DNA of 62,512 nucleotides, filler included, from Hausera hauseri (taxonomy: Eukaryota), in NCBI GenBank assembly GCA_046269625.1. It is 9 parts of 9 records of this genome, joined end to end, with 100 filler letters (N's around TTAATTAATTAA, not from the genome) between each part and the next. Parts side by side here need not be neighbours in the genome. Positions count along the whole stretch, not along the records: positions 31,441 to 41,102 come from JBJURY010319938.1; positions 41,203 to 46,584 come from JBJURY010266174.1; positions 46,685 to 50,732 come from JBJURY010693993.1; 6 more parts are not named here. One strand, written 5' to 3'. Below, piece by piece: positions 37,401-49,243 of this stretch. The notes below the pieces were generated by a model, which was not told the DNA's origin, did no database searches, and saw only the letters and a program-made list of their open reading frames with translations. Within the stretch, counting starts at the first letter, position 1. Every line of letters starts with the position of its first letter. A program made the translations under genes and the position numbers.

Positions 37401-39758
37401 TTTCGTTTTTTCCTTCGTTCATTCGTTCATTTGTTCTTTCCTTCGCTTGTTCGCTTGTTCGTTCGTTCCTTTGTTCCTTCGTTGTTTTATTCGTTTATTT
37501 TTTCCTTTTTTCGTTTTTTCATTTGCTCGTTCCTTCTTTCATTATTTCTTTCGTTCTTTCGTTCAATTTTTCTTTCTTTCGTTCTTTTGTTTTTTCATTC
37601 GCTTGTTCGCTCGTTCGTTCGTTCGTTCCTTCTTACGTTCAATCGTTCTTTTTTTCGTTCCTTTGTTCGTTCCTTCGTTCGTTTATTTGTTCCTTGTTGC
37701 GTTCCTTCTTTTATTCTTTCGTTTGTTCGTTCGTTCTTCTGTTCATTCGTCCGTTCGTTCGTTCCTTCGTTGGTTTTTTCTTTCTTTGTTCAGCTCTTTC
37801 GTACTTTCTTTCCTTTGTTTGTTCGTTTCTTCGTTCGTTTGATCGTTCATTCGTTCTTTCTTTCGTTCATTCATTCTTTCATTCGTTCTTTCATTCGTTT
37901 GTTCGCTGATTCGTTCATTCGTTCGTTCCTTCGTTCGTCTATTCTTTTTTTCGTTATTTCTATCGGTCCGTCGTTTCTTTCTTCATTCCTTCCTTCGTTC
38001 CTTCATTCATGCGTTCGTTTGATCGTTCATTTGTTCTTTCTATTGTTTTTTTCTTCGTTGTTTCGTTCGTTCGTTCGTTCATTCGTTCTTTCTTTCGTTC
38101 ATTCATTCTTTCATTTGTTCTTTCGTTCGTTCATTCTTTCATTCGTTCTTTCATTCGCTTGTTCGATGGTTCGTTCGTTCGTTCGTTCTATCGTTCGTCT
38201 ATTCTTTCTTTCGATATTTCTATCGGTCCGTCGTTTCTTTCTTCGTTCCTTCCTTCGTTCCTTCATTCATGCGTTCGTTTGTTTGTTCTTTTCTTCGCTC
38301 TCTATTTTGTTCCTTTGTTTTTTAGTTCGGTCGTTCGTTTGTTCGTTCGGTCATTCCTTCCTTCACTCTATCGTTCCTTTCTTCGTTCTTTCGTTCGTTC
38401 GTTCTTTCCTTCTTTCTTTCTTTCGTTCCTTCGTTCGTTTGTTCGTTTTTTCTTTACTTTCTTCTTTCGTTCCTGCGTTCCTTCTTTCGTTCGTTCGTTT
38501 GCTCTTTCGTTTCTTCCTTCCTTCTTTCTTTCGTTCCTTCGTTCTTTCGTTCTTTCTTTTGTTGGTTTTTTCTTTCTTTCTTCCGCTCGTTCGTTCTTTC
38601 CTGCCTTAGTTTGTTCGTTAATTCTTTCGTTCGTTCTTTCGGTCATTCGTTCTTAAATTCGTTCCTTCGTTCTTTCCTTCATTCGTTCGTTCGTTTGTTC
38701 ATTCTTTCTTTCGTTCGTTCGTTTGTTCGTTCGTTCGTTTGTTCGTTCGTTCGTTTGATCGTTCTTTCGTTCTTTCTTTCGTTCTTTCCTTCTTTGTTTC
38801 CTTCGTTCGTTCGTTCATTCGTGCATTCTTTCTTTCCTTCTTTTGTTCTTTCTTTCTTTCGTTCCTTTGTTCGTTTGTTTGTTTCTTCGTAGTTTCTTTA
38901 GTTCTTTCTTTCGTTCTTTCATTTTTTCTTTCGTTTGATCTTTCTTTTGTTCGTTCGTTCGTTCATTGTTTCGTTCTTTATTTCATTTGTTCGTTCGTTC
39001 CTTCGTTCACTCTTTCATTCTTCCGTTTATTCGTTCGTTCATTCTTTCCTTCGTTCGTTCTTTCCTTCTTTCTTTCTTATGTTCCTTCATTCGTTCGTTC
39101 CTTTGTTCTTTCGTTCGTTCGTTCTTTCCTTCTTTCTTTCTTTCGTTCCTTTGTTCGTTCGTTCTTTCAGTCGTTAGTTCGTTTTTTCGTTCGTTACTTC
39201 TTTCGTTATGTCTTTCTTTCGTTCGTTTTTTCTTTCCTTTCTTCTTTCGTTCCTTCGTTCGTTCGTTTGTTCGTTCATTGGTTCATTGGTTCTTTCGTTC
39301 GTTCTTTCATTCTTTCGTTCGTTCGTTTGTTCTTTCCTGCCTTAGATTATTCGTTAATTTTTCCGTTCCTTCGTTCGGTCATTCGTTCTTTCTTTAGTTC
39401 GTTCGTTCATTCTTTCTTTCGTTCCTTCCTTAGTTCTTTCGTTCATTCGTTCGATCTTTAGTTCTTTCTTTCGTTCTTTCGTTTTTTCGTTCGTTCGTTC
39501 TTTTATTTGTTCGTTCGTTTATTATTTCGTTCGTTCGTTCGTTCGCTCGTTTGTTCTTTCGTTAGTTCGTTCAGTCGTTCGTTCATTCGTTCATTTGTTT
39601 GTTCCTTCTTTCTTTCGTTCTTTCTTTCCTTCATTTCTTTGTCCATTCTTTCGTTCGTTGTTTTACACTTTCGTTTCTTACTTCCTTTTTTCTTTCATTC
39701 CTTCGTTCGTTCGTCCTTTTTTTTGTTGTTTTTTTCTTTCTTTCTTCCGCTCGTTCGT
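31441..39758. repeat. Degenerate (TTCG/TTCT/TTCC/TTCA)n tetranucleotide satellite with higher-order duplications
   Basis: 8.3 kb that is almost A-free on the + strand; a long block recurs at 31441, about 32023 and 32675. Confidence 0.97.
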
Positions 39759-39779
39759 CAGCACTGGGTATAGCAAACC

Positions 39780-41040
39780 CTAACATTTCTTTCCCCTCTG
39801 AGAAACGATTCGGTCCTCAGGATTACACTGGGTACTGACATCAATTAAGCTGAGGTTTCTGCGTATGATTGTTACTGTCGCATCGTTCATTGGGTTAATG
39901 CAATTGCATAGTCGTTGGGTATGATTGTCGTAGGTGTATGAGAAATGGTAACAGACTGTTGGTTGACGGCAGAATGGACATGAAATACCGTTCTGGAAGA
40001 TCATTCTAAGTGCATCGTTTGGATCAATGCATTGAAGGAATTTGGAACGAAGTTTGCTGAAGCACGTTGTGCATAGATTATGGTTGCATTGAAATTGGAC
40101 AACAATTGTACGTTCGGTAGGGCATATGGTACATTCACAGGTTGGGAGTTGGTCGTGGAAAAGGATTTGTAGTGATGCTCAAAGATCTGGTGGATCTAGG
40201 TCAGAAATAAGGTCGAATGGGCATCGATTTAAGACTTGGAATTAATCTTGTTGTAATGATGATGGTAACGGAGGACTATAAGATATAGTCGGTATAGGCG
40301 TTATTGAAAGTGTAGGTACTGGTAGTGAAAGTAATGGTCTAACAATTTGTTCAAAACGATAACGTGGATGCGGTATTCAGGATAGTTGGCGTAATAGTGA
40401 CATGACGTTTAATGCAGGTAAAGGTGCTTGGTATGTAACTGGCGGTAGTCTAACTATTGTAGATTGGCTAAATGATGTAATGGAAATTCAACTTTGGCCG
40501 ATGAATGTTGCCCTAATCGGAAGTATCTGGCTGGAAATAATAGGGGAATCGGCATGTTAGTAATAATGCGTAAGGCACTTCTAGTGTGGTGAAAGTAAAA
40601 ATATATGAATTGAGGACAAAAATAACATATGCTACAAATCAGATGTCGATGGTGAGATTTCATTTGGTAGCAATGGGAGCAATATTTGTCATTACAGCAA
40701 CTAAATTGGTAGGTTGTTTTAATGGGTTTATGGCAGAGACAACAGGTATAAAGTTGGAAATATGGGATAGAAAAAGGGGTTGACACATCCCAGGTATAGC
40801 AGTATGTAAGGTGGTCAGTAGGTTTGATAATTTCGAATGTTTTAGCATCTATCAGGGATTGGTCAACATCAGATGAATATGCATTATGCTGGATACAGTA
40901 TCTAATTTCATATTTACAAATAGGGTAATATGGAATACGTTTTTCCTGCGATCGGGCTCTATCTATACTGTATAAACATAACATGTGTAGGCATGATGTA
41001 AGTCTGTACACTACACTGAAGATTACTCGGCATTCCATAC
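39780..41040 (-). pseudogene. Multi-RING (C3HC4) finger protein, decayed, no introns evident
   Basis: Three RING-like units: C..SCLHMLC..YPIC; CCLC..SCCNDKYCSHC..CSIC; CTIC-x11-CNHNLCTTC...CPFCR; Pro-rich linker. Confidence 0.65.
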
Positions 41041-42477
41041 ATTCTGGGAAATCTAAAAATAAGTAAAATTAATTGAGATTTAATTCAATTGTATTAAGAT
41101 CTNNNNNNNNNNNNNNNNNNNNNNNNNNNNNNNNNNNNNNNNNNNNTTAATTAATTAANNNNNNNNNNNNNNNNNNNNNNNNNNNNNNNNNNNNNNNNNN
41201 NNCTCATAACAATCTAGACGTGTTTAATTATCACAAAGTCACTCTTTGTGATTTAATTACTTTCTTTTTTTGCTTTTTTTGATACAAATCCCGCCTGACC
41301 CCGGGAAACATTTTTTTCGCATGGTTTATATGTTGCTGATTGTTACTTTCGTGTTGTTCCTTAACTGATTCAATTTTGAAAAATAAAATCGCGATACCAA
41401 AATTTATTGGGAGAGCCAATTCTCCTCCAGGAGATGAAGCATTCCTCCTAATACTGCCACCAAAGATTATTGAGGGGGATTTGACATTTGATGTTTGCAA
41501 CATTCTAGTGAGATCGACTGTACAAAAGCCAACAGCAAAAAAGAAATTGATTATAGAAAATAGACTAAAACTTTTATTGAGCACTGTGAAAATATGGCGA
41601 TGAAAAAATTGAAAGTAACATTTTTCTTTATACATTAAAACAAAAAACATTATAGTTGTTCACCATGCACAACATATAGGCTTTTTAAAAATAAAACACA
41701 GGTCGGGTAAATCGGCTGTACAATGCATTCCTGCACTCGTCTACTATGTACACAATGAGCCTGAAATTACAAAAAATGTTTTTCATTCTTTTGCTAAGTG
41801 CGAATTTAAGAGACAAAGTCATCCAGGCACAATTAAACAATAAACGGGTTAAATTTTCCACAAATTTTGTAATTCAGCAAATAGTTTAAAGACAAAAAAT
41901 AATTCACTTGTTGAGTGAAATTGACTAATTTTGGTAGGATAACGAGTAAAAAATACGGCAAAGTGATAGATAAAACATTTTGCAATTCATCCACCACTTA
42001 ATTTTTCTTGACAAGGCTTAATAATGGAAAAAAGAATGATTTCTGTAAATCCGAAAAGGGTAGCAATTCGATATAGAGTTTCGACTAATTTTCTTTGCTT
42101 ATTCTGACTTTCGATTTCCTGTGTTGGAACCTGACTGATTAGTTGGGGAATCCGACCAACATCAAGAAGATTAAGTGAAGAAGTTAGGGGAGGTAAAATT
42201 ATATATAGTGTATATATAAATAGAGTGTATATATATGTGTGTGTATGTATGCGTATAAATGTATGTGTTCATGTTGGTTGTACTGTGCATAAAAAGTTGT
42301 ACAAAATTAAGGGTTGTTAAAGGTTAGATTGTTAAATGAGTGCGTGATATAAAGCAGTGTGTAAAATAATGAATGCATGATCCCTGGCAGGGTTCGGAGG
42401 ACTGGGGAAACGGGAATAACCATAGTTGAAAGCCGTTGAACGATCTTTCTAAAACTATTGTTTCATAATTGCATGAT

Positions 42478-43545
42478 ATGCCTGCAAAATGAAAAGTCAA
42501 ATCCAAATCAACACCAGAACAAGATACCAGACGGAGAAGTGATTGTTTAGATGAGATGGATAAAGAAAAGCCGAAAGAATCACCAAAAGTTGCAACGAAA
42601 GAAAAATAAAGGTAACAAGAAAACAAGGGAGAAAGATGTTCTCAGATTAGCGACAACGAATTCGACAATATGGGGAGCCAGATTAGATATGCTAGAGAAG
42701 TCGAAGGCCGAATATCGGGAAACTGCGTTGAAATTGGCAAACCAAAATTCAGAAATGCATGACTGTCTCTTGAAGACCGAGAAGGACATGTGACGGAAAA
42801 AGTCACCGAGAATAAGAAACTCAAGACTCAAGTAAAAGAGTTAACTTCAAAAGTCGAATTATTGGAAATGGTTTTAACTCAGTCAGTTAAGGAATTTGAT
42901 GCACTTAATCAGCAATTGAGACAGATGCATGAAAACGAAATAGATTCATCGAAAAAAGAGATTGAAAAATTACAACGATTATTGGAACTCAGAACTAAGG
43001 AGCTAAAGAAGATTCGCATTTTAGCAAAACAAGTATTGAACGATCGATCAGAGATAGAAAGATTCCTTTTAGAATCGCTGGAAGTAGTTAAGCAGGAAAT
43101 CACTTCGAATCAACTTCAATATAAAAGGATGCTCAACTAGCATACCATCAGAAAATGAAATTAGTCTACAATGGTCAAGACGAATTTCCTCCCATTCAAA
43201 CGTTCAGTAAGTCAGACACGAGCACTAATAGTGTCTACAAAGATTTAGAAGCAGCTGTTAAATTTATTGATGCGTCGGGAAAAGTTGATATTTCTGATTT
43301 AACTTGGGAGCAGCGTGAACGAGTCATTCGTTATTTGTTCATAAAAATTAACCAACCTCAAGTACAAAGAAACCTGTGGAAACTGATGATATACAAACGT
43401 AATGATTTGCGACGAAACATTCCCTCCTTTGCCAAGTGCAACTAATTCTCAGACAGTTGAAGTCTTGCATGAAAGATTGAATGCATCATTAGTTCAAGAT
43501 GAAGACGAGGGAAATACATTTTGACACAAAGAATAAATTCCTTTG
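42478..43545 (+). pseudogene. BBOF1: Basal body orientation factor 1 (CCDC176) processed pseudogene with internal deletion
   Basis: IWGARLDMLEKSKAEYRE, IERFLLESLEVVKQEI, FPPIQTF..STNSVYKDL, VDISDLTWEQRERVIRYLFIKIN match BBOF1; no introns seen; stops, frameshifts and the central coiled coil missing. Confidence 0.85.
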
Positions 43546-43959
43546 CCTAACTATTATTCATATAAAGGGTTTTTGAGATAAGAGCAATAATAATTTATAT
43601 ATTTGTCATCAACAGCGATATCATAGAAAGTTTGAACCGTTGTTATTACAAAAATAACGGAGTTAAGTTCATTCGATGCAGTTGAGAGTGGTTTGGCGGT
43701 CGATATATATGAAGGCAATCAAGGAATCTATTTAAAATGCAATTTGGTAAATAAATTTACGCATTTTCATGAATTTTTAAATAAATACGACATAAAAATA
43801 TATAAGAGATAAGCTGCTATAGCAGCGATTACATACATAGCAGGAATACATTACTATATCACTATACATTATATAGCAGGAATACATAGTGCTATTGAAA
43901 TTGATAAAAAATATGAAATTATCGATAAATAATGGAAAATAAAAAAAATGAAATTCTAA

Positions 43960-45192
43960 ATGTATGATTCCAAAGTCTTGTTACGGACGGAATTGAAGAG
44001 CGTAAATCATATGGAAACTAACAATGAATTCGACAAAAATAAGGTTTCAATAGATGCAGGCAAATCTGAGGGCCATGCATCTAACTTCTCACCGAAAAAG
44101 GTGGAGAATTCAGGCCGGGAGAGGTCTCAAAAGTATAGACGATCAAAACTGTCCAAATCGTCTTATTTACAGAAACAATTACAACACTTTGAGATGGAAT
44201 TTTTGGAACACAAAACATTAAAAATGGTTTTTATCTCTATATCTCAGCAAATTTCTGTAACAAAAAAACGAATTGATGACGAAAAAATATATCAGAAAAA
44301 TATATCAGATCTTGAAAATGATGATCAGATAAACTTATTGTACGTTCCAAAACTCATTCGTCGAGATATGTCTGCTTCATTTGGAAATCTCAGTTCCGTG
44401 AATGATTGTGATTTAAACGAAATTATGGTTAAATGGAAAAACACTCAAAGCTCAAAGTTAATACAAAAATGGAAATCCACTGATGCCTTTACGTTCGCCG
44501 AAGGACTCCTGATCATACCCGAGACATTGAAGGTATTTGTGTGTCGTGTTAATAATATCGTTCTGGTTCATTGTTGTTTTTCTGGTGTGATGAACCCTGC
44601 CAGGGTTTGTGTATGTCTGTGTGTGCCTGATAAAATCTGTATGCTTGTTTACAGCCACATATTTAATGGTGGAGAAATTCCCCCGGAGAGCAGCACTCCG
44701 ATATCAACGGCTGCGAAAATTGGGGAACTTAATTTTAAAAGTTTTATATATATGTATATTTCTGATAAGGGATATGGGGAGATTATGGGGATATATAAAC
44801 TGATGGCTATAAAATTAAGGTCGGGTTTAAGAAGAAATAGACATGCATGGAAAATGGACTTACATACATGTCGTGTTTTAGTGAAAAAGAAGGGGTTTCT
44901 CGGGGAAGACAAACAAAATTCTGTAATTGAGGTTCACCATCCGGATCAAGATCCATTAATGGGAAATAATAATGTGAATTGTGGAATAAAGTTTGCTAGT
45001 TATGGGCCCAGCAAACCTTTGATTAAGAATGGGACATTTATAATATATGGAGCATTTGTTTATAATAAGGCACCCATTTTATATCTTCCATTTTATGGTA
45101 GCAGAGCGTGGTTTGTGCTCTGCACCATTGAGATTACTTATATATTCATTGTAAATTCTCCATATGGAATAAGCGATTTACCGCATTATTAG
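43960..45192 (+). CDS. 410-aa ORF of uncertain reality, running through an LTR end and PBS
   Basis: Long open frame, but the second half is LTR-like sequence; no recognised domain. Confidence 0.2.
   Translation: MYDSKVLLRTELKSVNHMETNNEFDKNKVSIDAGKSEGHASNFSPKKVENSGRERSQKYRRSKLSKSSYLQKQLQHFEMEFLEHKTLKMVFISISQQISVTKKRIDDEKIYQKNISDLENDDQINLLYVPKLIRRDMSASFGNLSSVNDCDLNEIMVKWKNTQSSKLIQKWKSTDAFTFAEGLLIIPETLKVFVCRVNNIVLVHCCFSGVMNPARVCVCLCVPDKICMLVYSHIFNGGEIPPESSTPISTAAKIGELNFKSFIYMYISDKGYGEIMGIYKLMAIKLRSGLRRNRHAWKMDLHTCRVLVKKKGFLGEDKQNSVIEVHHPDQDPLMGNNNVNCGIKFASYGPSKPLIKNGTFIIYGAFVYNKAPILYLPFYGSRAWFVLCTIEITYIFIVNSPYGISDLPHY
44586..45128 (+). mobile_element. LTR (5' boundary tentative) followed by a tRNA-iMet primer-binding site at 45096-45114
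   Basis: TGTGATG...TTCCA-TTTTA-TGGTAGCAGAGCGTGGTTT, complementary to the animal initiator tRNA-Met 3' end. Confidence 0.65.
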
Positions 45193-46684
45193 TTTACTAG
45201 TAATATTTTCTGGTTTTCACATAATTTTATTACTTTTCTGTATTACTATAAATATTTGTAAATGAACTTTATAGGCATAGTAACAATATTTCCAGTATAC
45301 AACACGAATTTTCCATTTCAATATGCTTTTTAATGAGTCAAAAATTGATGCCAAATAGATACATTAAAAGAATATTTGATCTTAAAGTCGTTGTTTTAAG
45401 TATATGAATTGGGTTTGGAAGCTGATAATTTTCTATTTTTATTTAAATCAAAGAGAACGCATTGTATGCGTAATCACTACCCCGTAACATATGTTACATT
45501 TAAAGTTATAAAGTTATCTGAATGTATCACATTAAGGAACACATTAAAAATAAACAGTAGAATAAAAGTTTGGTGCAATGGTCAAATTAATCAACACCTA
45601 TATAAAATCCAAATTAATGATTATATAGTAAATTATATAGTTTATAACGTGTAATAATAGTTACATACCTGAATTGAACATTAATAATTGAGAACAATGC
45701 AGCTACTACAATTCAGATTTGCTTATATGAATAAGGTGTCTTTTAGCGTGTGTTTCATTCAATGAAATGATATAGTTTTGATTGGAAGACATGTTACGAG
45801 CTACTGGTGAGCTACATATACAATGTGTACTTTTTGTCTATAGTTATTATCGAATATTTTCAAATTCAAAATTAAATTGATAAACTAATACAACAATTAT
45901 AGACGTTTTTACATTTTTAAATTTAAATTTTTGTACACTACTGCAGCTAGGATTTTACCAAAATTTGTCTCAACCTTAATAATTTTCCGACAAAGTTTTA
46001 TTAATTTTGGGGTGCAACAGTTCGCAAATGTCACTTTTTCGTATTAATAAGCATATAAATGAAATAAAGTTTTTTTTTCTGCTAGCTCAGTGCCTGTGGC
46101 AAATAAAATAAAATCTGAATATAGAATTCAACAACAAACTAATACTGATCAAGACCTTTAGGTACCTCAAGGTAATGGAGAGTGGTCACAGTTTTTTCTG
46201 AGGAACGACATGTTCTTCGCGTAATTTGAGGCACTGGTGTTTTACATTGGCGGTACCGCCAGAATCTGTGTATGCTCCGCGAAGACTATGAAATCTCGCG
46301 GGTTCCTGTGACGCGCAGAAAAATGCTCTGTGTTCCAGGACTTACGGAAGTCATTATGGCTCATTTCAGTTCGAAATTATGCTTACTACATGAATCCACG
46401 CAATTCATCATACACCAACATGTCTCTCTGATGACGTAATGTGTATAACAACAAATTGACTGTAGAAACATGTAGCGGCAGAAAGATCCAGGGTGAGACT
46501 CTAGCTAAAGTCATGTAACAGCGTAGAGCCACGTAAAAAGACTAAGACGAACCTTGACTTCAGCACGCCGGTACTGTCAATCTCNNNNNNNNNNNNNNNN
46601 NNNNNNNNNNNNNNNNNNNNNNNNNNNNTTAATTAATTAANNNNNNNNNNNNNNNNNNNNNNNNNNNNNNNNNNNNNNNNNNNN

Positions 46685-49243
46685 GTCAGCACCTAAAGGG
46701 AATTCCTTTCACTATACTACGACTTAAACAAGATCTGAAAGGCAACTTGGATGGAACAACACAAGTAGGTAACGAACTCAAATGGATTGCAAATTTAACA
46801 TCAATCACAAGTTCAGCAAAAGAGTTTAGTATAGTATAAAAAACAGATCATGTTACCAAAACGCTGGGAATGAAGTGGAAAATTAAAGGTGATAATTTTG
46901 GATTCGAAAATCGAAACAAACAAGAGAGAAATTACAAAAAGAACGCTATTGAGTGCTCTGGCGAAGAGATTCGATCGGATAGGTTTCCTTAATTGTTATA
47001 CATTAATGAGAAAGGCGTACTTACAACAACTGTGGATGATGAATGTGAATTTGGACGAGAAAATCCCAGGGGAACTAAGCGATAGAATAAAAACATGGAT
47101 AAAGGAGATGGAAAGTTTGTATAGAACGAGAACGATAATAGCAAAATATATATATTTTGCGACGCTTTCCGATGGGGGTATGGGGCGGTTGCCATTTTAA
47201 GGTCACCAGTGGGAGATAAAATTAAGGTAGCGATCATATGTTCAAAAGGCAAGGTGACACCCGTAAAGTCCATCGCTACACCCATGTTGGAGTTAATAGC
47301 AGCCTGTATAGGAATTAAGCAGGGGAAGAAAGTGGGAAAAGCCTCATCCAACAATAAAGGCATACAGTATTGGGCTGGTAGTATGAACGTGTTGTATTNN
47401 NNNNNNNNGGATCAAAGGTTGTAATAAATATTACAAGACATTTGCTGCGAATAGAATCGGCTATATTCACGAGGAATCAGCAGGAAATCAGTGGAACTAC
47501 GTAAAATCAGAACAAAACCCAGCAGGTTACTTATCAAGGGAACTTCCAAACAAAATCGAATGGTGGTACGGCCCAGAGTTTCTTAGGCAAACGAAAGATC
47601 AATGGCCAAATCAAACCAATGATTTACCAAAGCCGAAAGAAGAGTAAAGAAGAAAGTATGCGTTTACGTTGATGTCATTGAGAACTATAACGCAAAATGG
47701 ACAGTATCGAAATCAAGATGACACAGATAACGCACAGCAATATGTTGAATCGCGTTGGGAAAAAATGATTAGACGAAAGGTGGAGGAAATTTCGCAAATA
47801 GACCAAAATAACATTTTAAGCAAAGCAGAACTAAGAAGTAAGGCAAAATTAGAAATAATAAAGGAGGACTACCAAAAGAAATTTTCTCCAGAGATAAAAA
47901 ATATAAAATCTAACAAGGAAATCGATATTAAAAGCAATATCGTTAAGTCCAATCTTATTGTAGATTTTGAAGGAGTGTTGAGATCAAATAGACGACTGAT
48001 CACCACTTTTTTGATGAATTGGGAACAAAAATACCCAATAATACTGTCGCCGAATAGCATCGTAACAAAATTGATTATTGAAGATACACATTTGAATCTG
48101 CGGCACGCTGCGGAAGTCAACCATCAAGTTGCGGAATTGAGTAGTAGGTATTGGTTTCCTAAAATGAAGAAACTGGTCATAGCCTACCAAAACTATTGTA
48201 AAATTTGTAAGAGGGCAAATGCAAAGGGCATACAAACGATAGGAGCGCCATTACCGGCGTTTAGGACACATCTACCGCTTAAAGCTTTTGACAAGGTCGG
48301 AATCGATTTTGCAGGACTGGTGAGAACACGACAAAGACGAGGTTTAATACATGAAGAAAGGTACATATGTCTAATCACTTGTTCGCTCTCTCGAGAGGTG
48401 CACGTAGAAATGTTGACAAGATTGGATACAAATTCATTCCTGAAGGTGCTCAAGCGTTTTATAAGTCGGAGGGGAAGACCTTTGTTGATAGTCTCCGACA
48501 ACGGAGGAACATTTATAGGAGTGAACATAGAAATATGTGAATTTCAAATAGATACATATAGTCTTAAAAGAGAATTGAAGGACACTGAAATAAGGTGGAT
48601 ATTCAACCCTCCTGCAAACCCTCATTTCTGGGGAGTCTATGAAGTAATGATCAAATCAGTAAAGAACGCGTTAAACAAATTACTTCCGGAAACCTCCATG
48701 ACAGACGAAGAGCTGGAAACATTACTAATAGAGATCTAGGGAATAATGAATAGCCGGCCAGTAATTAGAGTCGTTGATGATAGTAAAAACGATGTCGTTC
48801 TGACTCGAAACCATTTTATAATAGCTGGACACAACAATGAAACCTCCTCGGAAATAACCGGAACGAAGAGGAGCAGCTTGGCAGATAGGTGGAGATATAT
48901 ACAAGAATTACTCAACGAATATTGGGATCTCTGGAGAAGTGAACTCCTATCCGAATGGCGAATTTATGATAGAATAAAAGGAGAAAAAATAAAATTGAAA
49001 ATCGGAGACAAAGTGTGGCTATTAGAGAAAAATGAAAATTTAAATCACTGGCCGGTCACAGAAATAACAAAGGTCTTCCCAGGGACAGACAACGTTATAA
49101 GAGTAGTAGAGCTAAGACTGAACGGGGAAACGTATAATAGGTCAGTTCACAAGCTGTGTAAAATAAAAAATGAGTTGGATTGGATCGATACCGTGGAAGA
49201 CGAATCTATGAGCCGGATTACCCCAAGGAGGGGGAAATGTTAG
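46685..49243 (+). mobile_element. BEL/Pao LTR retrotransposon, 3' half of pol (RT end, RNase H, integrase, C-terminal domain), decayed
   Basis: KTLGMKW, TKRTLLS..FDRIG, FCDA..GYGAV, PMLELIAA, NPA..LSR, WWYGPEFL, H..H..CKIC, GIDFAG, SDNGGTF, GVYEVMIKSVK, VFPGTDNVIRVVEL; PPT AGGAGGGGGAAA then TGTTAGG (LTR start at 49238). Confidence 0.95.

Noticed and set aside
31513-39773. Many long F/S/R/V-rich ORFs (up to 664 aa) and ERTN-rich antisense ORFs
   Set aside because: Translation of an A-poor tetranucleotide satellite in which stop codons are rare
41231-41650. Overlapping 87-aa and 139-aa ORFs
   Set aside because: No recognisable motif; could be an exon fragment but cannot be supported
45096-45128. 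tRNA-iMet gene on the minus strand
   Set aside because: Only the 3' 18-19 nt including CCA are present, directly after an LTR-like end; this is a PBS, not a cloverleaf
47399-47408. 10-N run inside the BEL/Pao element
   Set aside because: Ordinary scaffolding gap; the coding sequence continues on both sides
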